The position numbers and the translations under genes were made by a program. Below are positions 11,434 to 24,743 of a DNA stretch of 64,000 bases, piece by piece; within the stretch, counting starts at the first letter, position 1, and every line of letters starts with the position of its first letter. This stretch comes from an uncultured Chloroflexia bacterium. GTDB lineage: Bacteria > Chloroflexota > Anaerolineae > Anaerolineales > UBA4823. The notes under the pieces are model-generated. The model was not told the DNA's origin. It did not search any database and was given only the letters and a program-made list of their open reading frames with translations. The DNA lies in assembly GCA_963828845.1 (NCBI GenBank), contig CAWHGE010000016.1, positions 12,302 through 76,301 of the forward strand, written 5' to 3'.

Positions 11434-12697
11434 ACCCCTCCTGTCTGTTGGATGGTTCTCACTGGTGAGAATACCAGCCAAAACACAGCCAGCATTTCTC
11501 CAACTGCCGCTAACACCAGTGTGGGGCTCAGCCCAATCAATTGACCCAGCACCCCACCCAGCAGGCCACCCAGGGGGGCAATCCCCCAGGCAAGCATACT
11601 CAATGTGGCGTTCATCCTGCCTTGCAAGTGATCAGGGGTCAGCGATTGGCGCAGGCTAACCTGACCAATTTGGAAGATGGTCAAGCCTATCCCAAAGAAG
11701 AATTGGGCCAAGACAAGCACGCCCACCACCAGCCATAAGGTGCTGATTCTGCCTGCCAGTGGAACGAGTAAGTCACTGGCAGCGGTTACCAACACTCCTA
11801 GGATCAGACTCCTACCCAATCCGAGTTTCCTGGTCAATCGCTCAGCAAAGAGCGCACCCAGCAGGAAACCGACACTCCCCCAGCGAAGATCACCCCCAAC
11901 CAGCCGGCATTGAGACCCAATTGGCGTGTTAAGTACAGGATCTGGACTGCTTCAATGATTGCGTTGAATAGGCTGAGTGAGCCGATGCAACCTGCCAGAG
12001 CTCTTAAACGTTGCTCACCAAAAACGAGATGTAGTCCTTCCTTGATCTCCTTTCCCAGATTGGTTCCTTCCTCAGCGGGTTGTATAGTTGGCTCTTGTGT
12101 GCGAATTGATCCGATCGAGATTGCTGAGACAAGAAATGAGAACGCATCCACCGCGATCGCCAATGGTGCCCCGATCAGCTGTACCAACCCACCTGCTACT
12201 CCGGGACCAATGATCTCTGCTACCGAATTACTTAACTCCAGTTGGCTATTAGCTTTCACCAGCTGTTGCCTGCCTACCAAACCAGGTAGATAAGAACGGT
12301 AAGCCACGTTGAAAAATAATCCGAATGTCCCCGCCAGGAAACCCACTACATACAAGACTTCCACTCTTAGCATACCCAGGAGCGCAGATATTGGGATGAC
12401 ACCCAAAACCAACGCCCGTCCGATATCTGCACCAATCAATATGGGTCGACGCTTGTTTCTGTCCACCCACACCCCTGCCAGAAGCCCGAATAACAGGGCA
12501 GGCACCGACCCCACTGCGCTTAAGATGCCCATCTGCAGAGGTGTGGCACTCAACGTAACTGCAGCGGCGATGGGCAGTGCCAGCAGGGTTACCTGCGAGC
12601 CAATGAGAGAGATACTCTGCCCAATCCAGAGCTTGATGAAATCAGGATTACGTGAGCGTACTGCTGATTCGACCGGAGAGACAGTCATCGAGCACAA
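11430..12697 (-). pseudogene. MFS transporter (EntS/MFS_3-like); one frame change near 11837
   Basis: ORFs 11834-12697 and 11430-11837 together give about 12 TM helices. The typical GxxVDRxxRRP loop (GVWVDRNKRRP) is present. Confidence 0.8.
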
Positions 12698-12898
12698 TCC
12701 TCGTTCACAAACCGTACCTCAAGTTGGGATGATTTCCATGCACCTGCCTGGTAAGCCAGTATGATGAGAGTCTGGATGAATCAAATCCTTACGGTCAATG
12801 AATTCCTTTAAATCTCATCGAGCTCAACACCTTAAAACTCATGTGATTGAGCTAAATTTAAGGTGCTCACTTGATCATAACGCTAAATGATTATACCC

Positions 12899-13920
12899 TC
12901 ATGACTCAAGGCCTGCCCAATACTTCACGCGCCCGCCTGACCCCCGCTCTAAGCGCCGCCTGGACAGATTTTTGCGAGAAATCCAACACCTCACCCAGCT
13001 CACCATCCGGCTCGATAACCTGGCAGGGATAATACTTGAATGGTCGGCCAGACTTGGGTGATGAAGAATACATCCTTGTTGTTCAGCTTCCTTAACCAAC
13101 GCATTGATCCGCAGGAATTCCTTCATGTCATTGACGAATATCTCGTTTTGCATAATATCCACAGCCCGCATGCCAATGGAAAGCACATTTGCTGGTGCTT
13201 GTGGCATCATCGGTGGCTGCTCGTTGCTGCAGTTGATGATCACGATCTCATCCGGCTCCAGGTCGAGCACATCCCCCACCGGACTCAGGTTGCGGACACC
13301 TCCATCCACCATGGCTGTATGTTCGGGAGAGATATTCACCGGTGGCCACACGACGGGAATGGATGCCGATGCCAGGATAGCTTTTGCCAACTCGAGAGAC
13401 TCTTTCGTAAACTGGACGTATTCACCGCTGATCAGCGAAACTGCGCCCACGTGCAAGTCGTCGATTACTCTGCCTGCCTCGAACTCTTTTTCCATCAGCC
13501 TTATCAAGGGTTCATTTCCGTAAAATGATTTAGCTCCGAACAATAGTTTGACCAACGAGAGCAGGTTGTATCCGCCAGTATAAACCTGTGAGTCAGAGAT
13601 GCCGTCCCAAAGCTCCATCAGGCGTGCATAGCGGTGCATAGCCAGCATGGCTCCATTCATTGCCCCCACTGAAACCCCGGCAATGATATCCCATTGATAA
13701 CCTTTGACTTCACGGGCGTATTTCTCTGCTCCCACCTGGAATGCACCACGTGCCCCACCCCCCGAAAGGATGAGAGCAATTTCTTGGGGTTTGCTTCCAT
13801 TTGGACCACTTCATAGGCTGAGGTTGATACATCATCTTCAGTGAGTATTGGATTATCATCCTCAAGCTGTTGTTCTTCCTGCGGGGTACTATCCATGCTA
13901 ATACTTGCCTTCTTTTTCAT
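12899..13920 (-). pseudogene. patatin-like phospholipase; frame-disrupted at both ends
   Basis: GGGARGAFQVG is readable by a shift near 13740. The nucleophile motif GVSVGA and the catalytic VDGGV are in ORF 12899-13735. The C-terminal tail is recovered in another frame near 13050. Confidence 0.8.
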
Positions 13921-14288
13921 TGTTGATCCCTTCTGCATTACCCAGAACGGTTGCAACTCTTATACCTTAAGCAAAGGTTTACCGGGAATCCATTCCAACC
14001 CAAGGTACGATTGTGTCATAAAATAACTATCCGATCGGATTTGTGATCGCGATCATCAAGGGGGAGGGTATTGATGGTTTAACACACTCGATCCAATTGT
14101 AGGATTGTGAAAATCAGGCGGTTCGTTACAAATCTCATGATAAATTAATTCAAATAGAAGTACCTAACCCCCATTATGGTGTTATATATGTAGATAATTT
14201 ACTTACTACGTTTTATCCTGTTTTATTGGTTTTTTAGTGTCGGGGAATGCAAATAAATTAAAACCATGCCAATTAGGAGTGTAATACC

Positions 14289-15338
14289 ATGAATATTAAT
14301 TTTGCGATGTGGAAAACTGCCATTTGGACGCTGGTCAAAATGGATAAGAAGGACGAGTGGGATAAGCTCGATATCGTCTCCAAGTGGCTGATCGCCACCC
14401 GTTCAGGTGTGACGTTGGTGACCGTTTACACCTGTGTGATCGCCGGACTGCTGGCATTGCGTGATCACTATTTCTCCTTCTTCCCCTGGCTCATCCTTAC
14501 ATTGGGGCTCTTTATCGCTCATGGCACCAACAATCTGCTCAACGATTACACCGATTTCAGCCGCGGGGTAGACAAGGATAATTATTTCCGCACCCAATAT
14601 GGCGTCCATCCGTTGGTGCAATCCTTCTGGACCAAGCCACAGCAATTACGCTGGTTCATGATTAGCGGTGTAATTGCTTTTCTATCCGGGGTTTTCGCCC
14701 TGTTTTACACTCACTTCGACCCGATCGTGATCGGTTTCTTTGCCTTTGGTGCCTTAATCCTGCTGTTCTACACCTATCCGCTCAAATATTATGGTCTGGG
14801 TGAGTTATTCATTTTCCTCATCTGGGGACCCGATCATGGTGGCAGGGGTCTATATTGTGCTCGCATTAGCCAAAAGGCAACTTGAATAATATCTGGAATG
14901 TTGTCCTGGCAGGTGTGCCTTTCGGTTTAAGCGTGGTGAGCATTAATGTCGGTAAGCACATCGATAAAATGAAAGAAGATGCCAAAAAGGGTGTGGGGAC
15001 TCTACCGGTGCGGATCGGTGAGACAGCTGCCCGCTATCTCAATATTGCCATCTTGTTGCTGATCTACCTGGTGGTGGTTTACCTGGTATTCATTCCCCGC
15101 TACTTCACCCCACTGATGCTGATCATCTTCTTTGCCAGTCAAACGACTGATCACAGCCATTAAAATTCTATCCAAACCTCGCCCTGAAACTGCCCCTCCG
15201 GGCTATCCCATCTGGCCGACTTACTTCTCGGCCTTCAACTTCAACCATAATCGCCTGTTCGGAGGTTTGTTCATCCTTGGCTTGATCGGCGATACACTGC
15301 TGCGTCTGTTCCTGCCAGCATTTTGGGCGATGAAGTAA
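14289..15338 (+). pseudogene. UbiA-family aromatic prenyltransferase; two frame changes
   Basis: The motif NNLLNDYTDFSRGVDKD (NxxxDxxxD) and 8-9 TM helices are spread over ORFs 14289-14885, 14882-15163 and 15132-15338. Confidence 0.75.
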
Positions 15339-15427
15339 TAACGTAAGGAGAGTAAATTCCCTGCTGATCGTGCAATATCAGGAATATTCCTGAGGACTGA
15401 AATCACCAGCATGACGGTCTACATCCA

Positions 15428-16182
15428 ATGATTCTCATGCCCCTTCCCGATCATGATTTCGATCCCACTGAAGCCTCAATTCCATGGGAGCATGCACATT
15501 CTCGAGGCTGGAAGGTTGAATTTAGCACCGAACATGGTAACGTTGCACAGGCTGATACGCATAAGCTGACTGGCCCACTCCCGGGATTACTCAGTGCAGG
15601 AGCAAAAGCCCGTGCAGCCTACCAGCAAATGAACCAGGATCCAGTCCTATCAGCACCCGATCCCGTATGCTGAAATTGAACCCAATCGATACAATGCTCT
15701 GCTACTACCAGGAGGAGATGCTCTTCGCATGCGCCAATACCTGGAGAGCTCTAAATTACAGAGATAAAGTATTGCAATTCTGGCAGCAGGGTAAGCTCAT
15801 TGGCGCCATTTGTCATGGCATCCTGGTGCTTACTCGCACCATTGACCCCCAAACCGGGCAAAGCGTACTCTATGGTCACAAAGTCACTGCATTACCCAGG
15901 TCATTGGATCGTTTTGCTTATTTGCTCGACTCCTGGTTTATCAAACATGGCTATATAAGTATTCTTGCAGTGTAGCCGAGGAAGTGCATGCAATGCCTGG
16001 AGCGTCGAGAAGATTTTTCCAGTGGACCAGGTTTATTTGCTCCTTATGTGGTCTCCGATGGCAATCTGATCACCTCCCGCCGTTACAGGGATGCAGAGCT
16101 ATTTGGCAAGCGTTTCGCGAATGAGCTGGAGCATCGGATTAAGCTGCAGAACGTGATATCTATCCTAATCCTTGTGTCATGA
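15428..16182 (+). pseudogene. DJ-1/PfpI-type (class I glutamine amidotransferase-like) protein; about 3 frame changes
   Basis: YNALLLPGGDA is readable by a frame shift. The nucleophile elbow AICHGILVL is in ORF 15667-15975. The C-terminus VSDGNLITSRRYRD is in ORF 15988-16182. Confidence 0.7.
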
Positions 16183-16329
16183 GGCACAGTCATCTGTTAC
16201 GGCATAATAGATTGCTCGATCCCATATCATATATAGAATATTTACACCTTGGTGGATACAAGGTTACGTGTCCCTTAATTATTAAATATCCTTTGTGTCT
16301 TTCGTACTTCGTGGGGTTAGTACAAATAT

Positions 16330-17386
16330 TTACTGGTTCAAGCTGATGAGATACGCAATCACATCCGCGATTTGCTGCTGGGTGAGGGCACCATTTGCAC
16401 CCCAGGCAGGCATTTGGAAGGCGGCATTTGGACCTTCAGGGGTTGAGCCATTCTGAAGGAAGAGGTCCAAATTATAGGCAAAGGTCGTGTAATCCGGAGC
16501 TCACCAAGGTCTCGTCGATGGGATTTAATGGCGGAATTGTACCGTCATCACTGCCCGGGTTTCACTACATTATCCATTCCTTCCAAACCATGACACACCT
16601 GGCAATGATCGATCATACACTTTCTGCCCTGCAGCTTTGATCTCCGGTCAGGTTGATTGCCTCGCCTGGTCCACCCGGATTACTCGGGCGGGCGACTTCC
16701 TCCTGCACGACTATCCGCAGTTGGGCTGGCGACTGGAGTGGTAACCAGGATTCCTGCCTGGATGGTAGGTCCATCAGGCGACAACCGCTCCCAATGGGTG
16801 ACCGAAAGGCATCAATTGATTCACGAACAGCATTTGATTCAATAAGGATTTCTCCCAATTACCCCCTCCCAGGATATCCTCCCCCTGCCCAGCTGGTGGA
16901 ATTCGCTTTGCTCCCGCCAGGATACCCGAATAACTACTCAAATCCAGGTTGGCTGCTGCATTCGAAATATCCGCATTATGACAGGCATCACATGCCAGAG
17001 CTCCTTTGTACCATAGGTCAGGCTGGTTAAAAAGTGGTATCACATCCGCAAATGTCGCCTGGCAGATATTCCCATTGATATCCTTAAAATTGAAATAGTT
17101 GCTGTTTCCTTGATAACCTGCTGACACCCAGGCTAGAAAGAAGGCTGCGTGCAGTCAACCTGCACACGGTGTAAAAGCTTCTGCCTGTACTACTCTCCCC
17201 TGGCTTGGGAATGACTGCGGGGATCAAGGTGGGGATGGGTGTATGAATGATGCCAGGCAGGCTGGCTTGCGAGCAATCGGCGCTAAAACCACAATTAGCA
17301 ACATATACCAAGGCGATGAATAAAAGCAGGAAGATGGGCAAACCGAAGACGGCGTACAGCATGCATGATTTAAAATCTCGTTTCAT
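16330..17386 (-). pseudogene. membrane-anchored two-haem c-type cytochrome; frame-disrupted
   Basis: The N-terminal TM helix is in ORF 17084-17386. CDACH followed by NLDLSSYSGILAG (planctomycete-type cytochrome c-like) is in ORF 16774-17127. CQVCHG lies near 16600, and the class I tail MPAWG..IADVIAYL ends at 16330. Confidence 0.7.
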
Positions 17387-17418
17387 GATCCATTCTCCAG
17401 TGTGCTCTAGGGTGCTGG

Positions 17419-17927
17419 GCTATGTTGAGGCAAGCGTACGGATGAAATTGACCAGATCCCAACGCTCACGCACGATTAAAATTTTCATTGAGAGGTGGCA
17501 TTCGCCCTGCCACACCGTTCGAAATCACCAGGAACAAGGCACCATCACTATTTTGCTGCACTTCAAATGACGTCAGGTCGGCGGGTTTGAATTTGAAGAA
17601 AGTGCCAATCACACCATCCCCCTTGCCTTTCGCTCCATGGCATGGGACGCAGTTGATTTTGTACAGCTCAGCCCCGCGCTGGATCGACACATCATCAGCG
17701 ACTTATCGGGTTGACGGGCACACCCGTGACCGAGGGTATAGGCCTGCACCTTCAACCGGGATCGAATCAGCCGGCACAGGAAGCGGATGCTTCCATCGGC
17801 TTAAAGGATGGCTGGATGGTCATGAAGGATAATCCAATCAATCTGGATGAGGTCATATGTAAAAAGCATCACCATTCCGAGCAACTGCAGCAGCCACCAG
17901 AAACAGATAGACCAGCTGTTTGATCAT
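17419..17927 (-). pseudogene. actE: alternative complex III monohaem cytochrome c subunit ActE; frame-disrupted
   Basis: The TM N-terminus MIKQLVYLFLVAAA starts at 17927. CVPCHGAKGKGDG is in ORF 17466-17690. The tail ERWDLVNFIRTLAS is recovered by a shift near 17475. Confidence 0.75.
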
Positions 17928-18449
17928 AATGGTCGCCTCTCTGCCGGGGTGATGGATTCTGCACCCAGCGAATTCAACACATCCGACACCTCGGTCTCCT
18001 TTTCCTCCGGAATGGAATACATGATGACGATCTTGCCATCACTGATCTCAGGGATATATTCCTTCGGACGATAGGAAGGAAACGTGCTATCCAGGAACAC
18101 ACCGATGAATGTACTCGCCAGTAAGCCCAAGCATGGTCATCTCGAAGATTAAAACCACGGTGGGTGCACCATTCACTAATCCCTGCCGACCGATCTTGAG
18201 TGGGTACAGGTTGGTGATCCCTGCTGCCAGGAAAATACCAAATAACATTCCCATCACTGCACCCCCCAGTGCCAGGCGGGGTACGTTGCTCCACACACGT
18301 GGTCGACCCAGGATATGCTCCGTCAGTGGGATGCCTGAGATTACGTTCATCTGATCATCTTTGACGCCATGCTGCCTCAAGCGATCAATGGCTTCCACTG
18401 CAGGGTCAATATCCGCAAATTGTGCCAGGAATGTCTTTATCTCACTCAT
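17924..18449 (-). pseudogene. actD: alternative complex III membrane subunit ActD (DUF3341-like); one frame change
   Basis: MSEIKTFLAQFADIDPAVEAIDRLRQHGV plus two TM helices are in ORF 18087-18476. The C-terminal domain is in ORF 17924-18130. The position between actC and actE fits ActD. Confidence 0.7.
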
Positions 18450-18462
18450 ACCAGGCTCCTTC

Positions 18463-19895
18463 TTATTCGATCTCACTCACTGTCTTCACCGTAGCCTTAC
18501 CAACCTTGCGTAACCCATGCGCCATCTGTCCTTCCTGCACCTCCCACACCGGTACCAGGGGGATCAGGCGTGAGGCGATCATGTAGATCAGGATAAAGAG
18601 AGCCAGCGTGCCAATGCTCAACAGGATCTCAATGCGGGGAACGTAAAGCTTCCAGGTGAAAGGCATGCGGTTGATGGATCAATGAGACCGGGATGATGAT
18701 GTAACGCTCGAACCACATGCCAACATTGATCAATAACCCAATCGTAAACAGCATCGCCGGGTTGCGCCGGATTTTCTTATTCCACAGGGTCAGGAAGGGG
18801 ATGGCAACGTTACAAATCAACATGCCAAACCACATCCAGCCCATCGGACCTTTCTCGTGAAATTCCAGCAGCATCTGGGTGAATTTGTCTCCGCCGTACC
18901 ACTGGACCAGATAATCGTTGAAGAAGAAGTATGCCCAGATCATCGAGACGATCAGCATCAGCTTGCCGAGCGCATCCAGGTGTTCAGGACGGATGAAATA
19001 CTTCATGTTCTTCATCGTGGCACGGACGAGCACCACCACCATACCCACCGCCGCGATGCCCGATTGCAGCGCTCCAATCACAAAGTAGGGTCCAAAGATG
19101 GTCGAAGACCATCCCGGGCGAGTGGCAGCGGCGAAATCCCATGCGACGATGGTATGCACCGAGAACATGACCGGGATGATCGCCCAGGCGAAGATGGTCA
19201 TGGCGGTGCGCAGGTGTGTCCATTCGCCCTCCGTGCCGCGAAATCCCAGAGATAGGATACGGTAGAACACCTTGCGCCAGCCCTTGGAGCGGTCACGTGC
19301 CATCGCCAGGTCGGGGATCAGCGGCAGGAACAGATACATCGTGCTTGCCATCAAATAGGTATTGATCGCTAAAAAGTCCCATCCCAGCGGGGAGTGGAAG
19401 TTTGGCCACAGGGTACGCTCGTTGGGATATGGGAAGAGCCAATACGCCAGCCATACCCGTCCCAGGTGCATGAAGATGCTGATGCCTGCCTGGATCAGCC
19501 CAAATGTGGTCATCAGCTCAGCCGCGCGGGTGAATGGTCGGCGGAATTCGGCTTTCATCACCCGCAGCAGAGCCGAAACGAATGTGCCTGCATGGCTGAT
19601 ACCAATCCAATAGACGGTGTTGACCAGGAAAATGCCCCAATAGGAAGGTCGGTTCACACCCGCCACACCCAGACCTTCAGCAATCAAATATCCCCAGGAA
19701 ATGACCAGACAGGTAAGCACGATCAAGACCCAGGAACCCAGCCACCACCCAGAACTTCCAGGAGGTGGTCTGCATGGCGTCCATCACCATGCCGTTCATC
19801 TCACCGCGCGGCTTCGGATCGAGCATCAGGTGCTCGCGGGGGTCTTCTGCTTCCACAGGGTGGGCTTGCTCGAGCGGTTCAGCCGTTGCGACCAT
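18463..19895 (-). pseudogene. actC: alternative complex III NrfD/PsrC-like quinol-interacting membrane subunit ActC; two frame changes
   Basis: ORF 18629-19726 is a typical polytopic NrfD-family protein. The N-terminus is in ORF 19677-19895 and the last helices are in ORF 18463-18666, each in another frame. Confidence 0.8.
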
Positions 19896-22854
19896 AGGAT
19901 GGACCTCCCTTCAAGTAGGTGATGCTCGGAAGCGTGCCCAGGTCTTCCAATAGATGTACCGCCCTGACCATCCATTGCCAGCTGACTCACCTGGCTTTCC
20001 GGATCATCGATCCGTCCAAAGACGATGGCATTGGTCGGGCAGGCTTGTGCACAGGCCGTGATCACCTCACCATCTTCCAGTTCTCGACCTTCAGAGCTGG
20101 CTTTATCTTCTGCCTGCAACAGGCGCTGCAGGCAGAAGGTGCATTTTTCCATAACACCCCTGCGGCGTACGGTGACATCAGGATGCAGCATATTGGAGAG
20201 TGGCTCAGGGCGTGGGAAATCGCGCCAGTTGAACACCCGCACCTGGTAGGGGCAGTTATTGGCACAATAACGTGTGCCCACACAACGGTTGTATACCTGC
20301 AAATTGGTCTTTTGAGACAGGCTGTGCACTGCCGCGAACACCGGGCAGACCGGCTCGCAGGGTGCATGTTCGCAATGCTGGCACAGAACGGGTTGAAAAG
20401 GCGTGTTTTTTACGTCTGGATATTCACCTTCCCAGAACCGTTCGATGCGAATCCAGTGCATGCTGCGCCCATAACCTGCATCTGCTTCACCAACAAAGGA
20501 AATGTTGTTTTCCATGACACAGGCCGTCACACAAGCCTGGCATCCAATGCACAGGTCCTGGTCAATGACCATGCCCCACTTGTACATGGAAGTCTCAGCT
20601 GAATGGATTATCCCATTATGAGCTGCCTCCTACCCAACTCCGTTTGCCATCATCGCCAATTCACTCCCCATATACACCCATGCGGCTTTCAAGGCGTGAA
20701 ATAGCACTTGTTTGCGACCTGTCTTTTCAAGATGGTTACCTTGGTCGCCCCAAAAGCCAGGTCATCTGCACCATTAACAGTCAGGCTGAGCAGGTCACCC
20801 GGGTTGACTCCCCTGCCCTGGGCATACCGGCCATAGGCAGTATGTCCCTGACCGAATGGAATGGCAATCGTGTCCGGTCGAATGGCAGGGTAGCGGTAGA
20901 CGACTGCTTCAATCTCACCCACTGGGAGAGATGATCTTCACCACATCATCATCGGCTCAAGCCTAAGTTCGTCGGCAGTTGCAGGGTTGATCTCCACCCA
21001 GCTATTCCACATCACGGTGGTGGTGGGGTCGGGGATCTCTTGCAGCCAGGGTTTATTCGCCCCACTTCCATCTCCCAAGATGGGTGACATGAAGGGTAGT
21101 AAGAAAAATTCACCCGACACCATCAAACTTGGCAGCGGCCGTTGAAAGTGGGTAAGCTAAGTGCTCGAATGCCATTCGGGATATCAAGCCTGGGTTGTGC
21201 ATCCCACCATCCACCATACTGTTGGAATTGAGCCATAAAGTCATTGATATCCGGCGCGTTAAAAAATCCTTCCTGGCTGACAAGGTTGACCAGTGAAGAT
21301 TGCATATATTCAACTTCGTCCTTATAAGGCAATGCAGCTGCCAGGTCACCGCCAATGGCCTGAACAGCAGCCAGCAAGACGTCGGCAGTGGCTTTTGTTT
21401 TGTAGAAGGGAACCACCACTGGTTGAAATCCCGATATTACAGTCCGGTCAGCACCGAGTGAGTGATTTCTGATAGCCCCATGACTCAAGTGCGGTGTGGT
21501 CTGGGAATATATAATCCGCTTGAAGTGCTGGTTTCATCCGGAAATGAAGCAAATGAGATCACCTGAGGCACGCTCGCCAAGCGCATCTGCAAATCCCAGC
21601 AGAAGCTGGCAGCTCGAAGACCGGGTTGATGCCATGGATGAACAGTGCTTTCACCTCCCCCTTTTTCATCCGCCCAATCAAGGTCGTTCATATCCACCAA
21701 CGAATTAGGCAACCAGGGGAACTCTGAATGCACCGGACTGGTCGGGCTAAGGAACAAACCTCCCATCTTACCCAGATTGCCTGCCACTGTATTCAATGCC
21801 AGGACAGCTTGTACAGCTTCCAGCCCATTGCTCAAACCGGAAGCTGAACCACCAGGAATTGCTAACGGATGGGCAGCATTGGCGAAAATATTCGCCAATC
21901 TTTGTAACTCTGCCACTGATACTCCGCTGTCATTGGCAACTTTTTCTACATCTACACCCAGATAGGCGTTGGGGATGGCTCGTTCCGTGGATCTCAGCCA
22001 TCAATCGACCGATCGCCATGGCGACCATGACCTTCGCTTCCTGGTGCAATTGGAATCCATTCATCTGCACAGGCAGCGGTCTGTGACAGGCGCGGCTCGA
22101 ACTGCACCAGGTAACCCCGCTGACCCGTCTTTCCACGCCGCATTTGGGCAAATCCCACGGCTGAATGCCACCGGTGAAAGATAGGTTTCCAGGAAATTTG
22201 CCCCGAATGAAAAAGTCACATCAGCATTAGCCAGGTCGAAGTGTGGTAATGCTGTTACTGAGAAAAGTTGTTCTACGGCTTTCACCAGGGTCAGGCGGGC
22301 ATCATAGATCTCATGTGCCCCGAACCGTATGGGTGGCGGAGCACCGATGCGCAGTGCAAAGCTCACTCACCAGGTCGAACAGGTGATCGGGTGCCATCCC
22401 AAGCAGAAAGGCAATTTGACCGGGTGCTGTGCTTTGCAGTGTATTCTGAACGACCCCAACCGCTTCATCCCAGCTGAGATTGGTGTAATTTTGACTGCCT
22501 CGCCCTTCCTGCTTGAGCGGATTGTGGATGCGGTCAGGGTTATACAACCCCTGTAATGCTGCCTGACCACGCGCGCAGGTCTTTCCCTGGTTGATGGGAT
22601 TATTCGGATTTCCTTCCACTTTGAGTGCCCGTCCCTGCTCCGTGCGTACCACCGTTCCACAACCAGCGGGACATTCACGGCAGGTGGTGGCATAATAGGT
22701 GCTCTGACCGTTATAGGTGTACTCAGGCATGCGGGTATACGGCTCACGCACCACATAGCGTGAGGCTGGTCCGCACCCGGTGAGCACAGCAGTCGCAGCA
22801 GCCCCAACTGCCGGCGGTTTTGATGAATTCTCTTCTGGTCAACTTACGGCTCAT
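19879..22854 (-). pseudogene. actB: alternative complex III subunit ActB (molybdopterin-oxidoreductase-like domain fused to 4Fe-4S domain); about 8 or more frame changes
   Basis: A twin-arginine leader MSRKLTRREFIKTAG starts at 22854. MopB-like pieces lie in ORFs 22311-22787, 22061-22366, 21485-21916, 21123-21488, 20938-21126 and 20689-20922. The ferredoxin domain (CIGCQACVTAC, CQHCEHAPCEPVCP, CVGTRYCANNCP) is in ORF 19826-20587. Confidence 0.85.
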
Positions 22855-22895
22855 AAAGTACTCCCAGATGTAAGTGCAATGCAACCATAGGTCAA

Positions 22896-23523
22896 TCACC
22901 GATGACAGGTGCCACAATCGGTTAGCCTGATCAGCAGGACCTCATCATCTGCAAATCTGGTGCGGTGGCAGTGCAAGCACCAACCCATGTTAAGGTTCTT
23001 GCGTGGTTCTGCTACGGTCATCCGGCTGAGCTCGCCATGGCAGGTCTCGCAGTTCACTCCAGCTGCGATATGCGGGCGGTGGTTGAAAGTAAACGAAATC
23101 CGGTAGGATGAATACCGGCACCCATTGAATCGGTTCATTTTTATAGACTGCATCCGCCAGTTTCTGTTGATCTGCATTCTTGATCGGGATCTGCTGGTGG
23201 CAACCCCAGCATTTGGTCTCGGTTGGCAAGCCTGCCGAATGCCCCTTCCAGGCTCCAGGGTGGCAGTACAGGCATTGCACTCCGAACCCCAGGTGCAGGC
23301 TATGTGGTTGAATTGGATCGGTTGTTTGGGTGGTTGTTGGGTCAGCCAGACTCCATAGGTAGCCCGCACTCAGCAACAATAGGATAAAAATATCCAGCGA
23401 ATCAGGAATACCGGCTTTTTAACCAACCGAGTGAGACTATCGATCCAGTTGAATCGACTTGAACTTCGCCAGGTAACGCTTTGATTCTGTCAATCAGATG
23501 GAGTTTTTGAGCTTATCAAGCAT
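22896..23523 (-). pseudogene. actA: alternative complex III pentahaem cytochrome c subunit ActA; frame-disrupted
   Basis: Five CxxCH sites (CLYCH, CWGCH, CETCH, CLHCH, CGTCH) are split between ORFs 22990-23379 and 22896-23369. The TM N-terminus lies upstream. The start coordinate is approximate. Confidence 0.75.
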
Positions 23524-23532
23524 GGTTTCGCC

Positions 23533-24516
23533 TCATGAATTACGCTTGCTGCGCTTGCGTAAGATGATTACCACGATCAATGCCATCAAGATGAACCCTC
23601 CAATAAAAGCACCTGCCACCACCCCCATCCCCGACCATCGTCCCCAGGCTGGTCAATATACCTGTCCACAGGTTGTTGGCTGGACCACCCAATCAGTGGA
23701 GCAGGTGTGATTTGTGGGTTTCGGGTGGGTTCACTCAATGATCTCTCCACCGGTGGGCAGGGTTTGGGCATATGCCAGCACATCACGCCCATCAGCTGGC
23801 TGCCAACCCAGGCTGACCCCAATTGGCATGTCCGTCCCAGCCACCCCGAAGCGGGTGCGGTGCAGGAATCGCCATGGGTCACGGTTGGCAATACTTCCCA
23901 GATATTCATCGATCCCCTCGATCCGAAATACAATTTTTTTGCCATCCTCCCCATGGCAGGTCAGGCAGGTGGATTGATACAAGCTGCTGTCCATGGGAGT
24001 AAGTCTGGCTCAATCACTCGTAAGGAGATTGGATCGATATAGTTGCGATCATCGATGATGCCAAATTTCAAGAAATCCGCCAGCTGGGTTAAGGAAGTGT
24101 CATCCAGATAGGTAGAAAAATTATGTGCAGGGTCGAGGTTGCCTTTAAGGTGACAGACGATATCCTCAACCGTCAATCCTTGCACCAGCGTCAATAAGTC
24201 TCGGAAATCCCGTGTAATGTGAACCAGCCTGATATTCCCCCTGCGAGCCACGGTAATCCCATCCATGACATTCACTGCAGCGCCACGTATCTGCACCGGA
24301 CCGTGTATTAGTGGTCTGGCGGCTCCAAATTGGCATATTCCCCGCTGGTGGGTCCACCCCCAAAACCGCGTACCATTTATCGTACAGCTGTGCCCCACGG
24401 ATGATATCATCCTGAGGTGGTGGTGCATCTTCTGCGCAGGCGCCAGCCTGCACGACCAGCAAGCGCAGTGCACCCAAAATGACAAGAATGATACTCCGGG
24501 GGTTCTTCATAAGCAT
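23533..24516 (-). pseudogene. dihaem c-type cytochrome with signal peptide and C-terminal TM anchor; about 3 frame changes
   Basis: CSECHGWDY is in ORF 24166-24516 and CLTCHGEDG is in ORF 23731-23994. The hydrophobic tail IGGFILMALIVVIILRKRSKRNS ends at 23533. Confidence 0.7.
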
Positions 24517-24743
24517 GCCTCTTTCCCAGCAATTTGGATGGCTTGTGGAGATCTACCCGCTGAAAAAATTATACATCAAGAGGACTATAAATGAGAGACC
24601 AATCAATTTCTCTCATGATATACTATTATCGTATCTAATCTATTACTCATCTGGATGGAGTCTTAAATGAACTATCATACACTTGGATTCCATCATCAAG
24701 GACTACTCTCGTTGGAGAGTGACCTTACCAAAAGGAACTGCAC

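Noticed and set aside
19919-20602. Long antisense ORFs opposite real genes (for example 19919-20602, 13040-13528, 30916-31377, 11141-11659, 28061-28549, 52638-53177)
   Set aside because: Their translations are low-complexity or Arg/His/Cys-rich, with no motifs. Each lies opposite a strongly supported gene, so they are shadow ORFs in GC-rich coding sequence.
24591-24720. GAGAG/CTCTC-containing inverted repeats (24591-24616 and 24704-24719) in the ACIII/oxidase divergent region as shared operators
   Set aside because: The stems are short (6-7 bp) with different spacing and sequence. This is not distinguishable from chance by eye.
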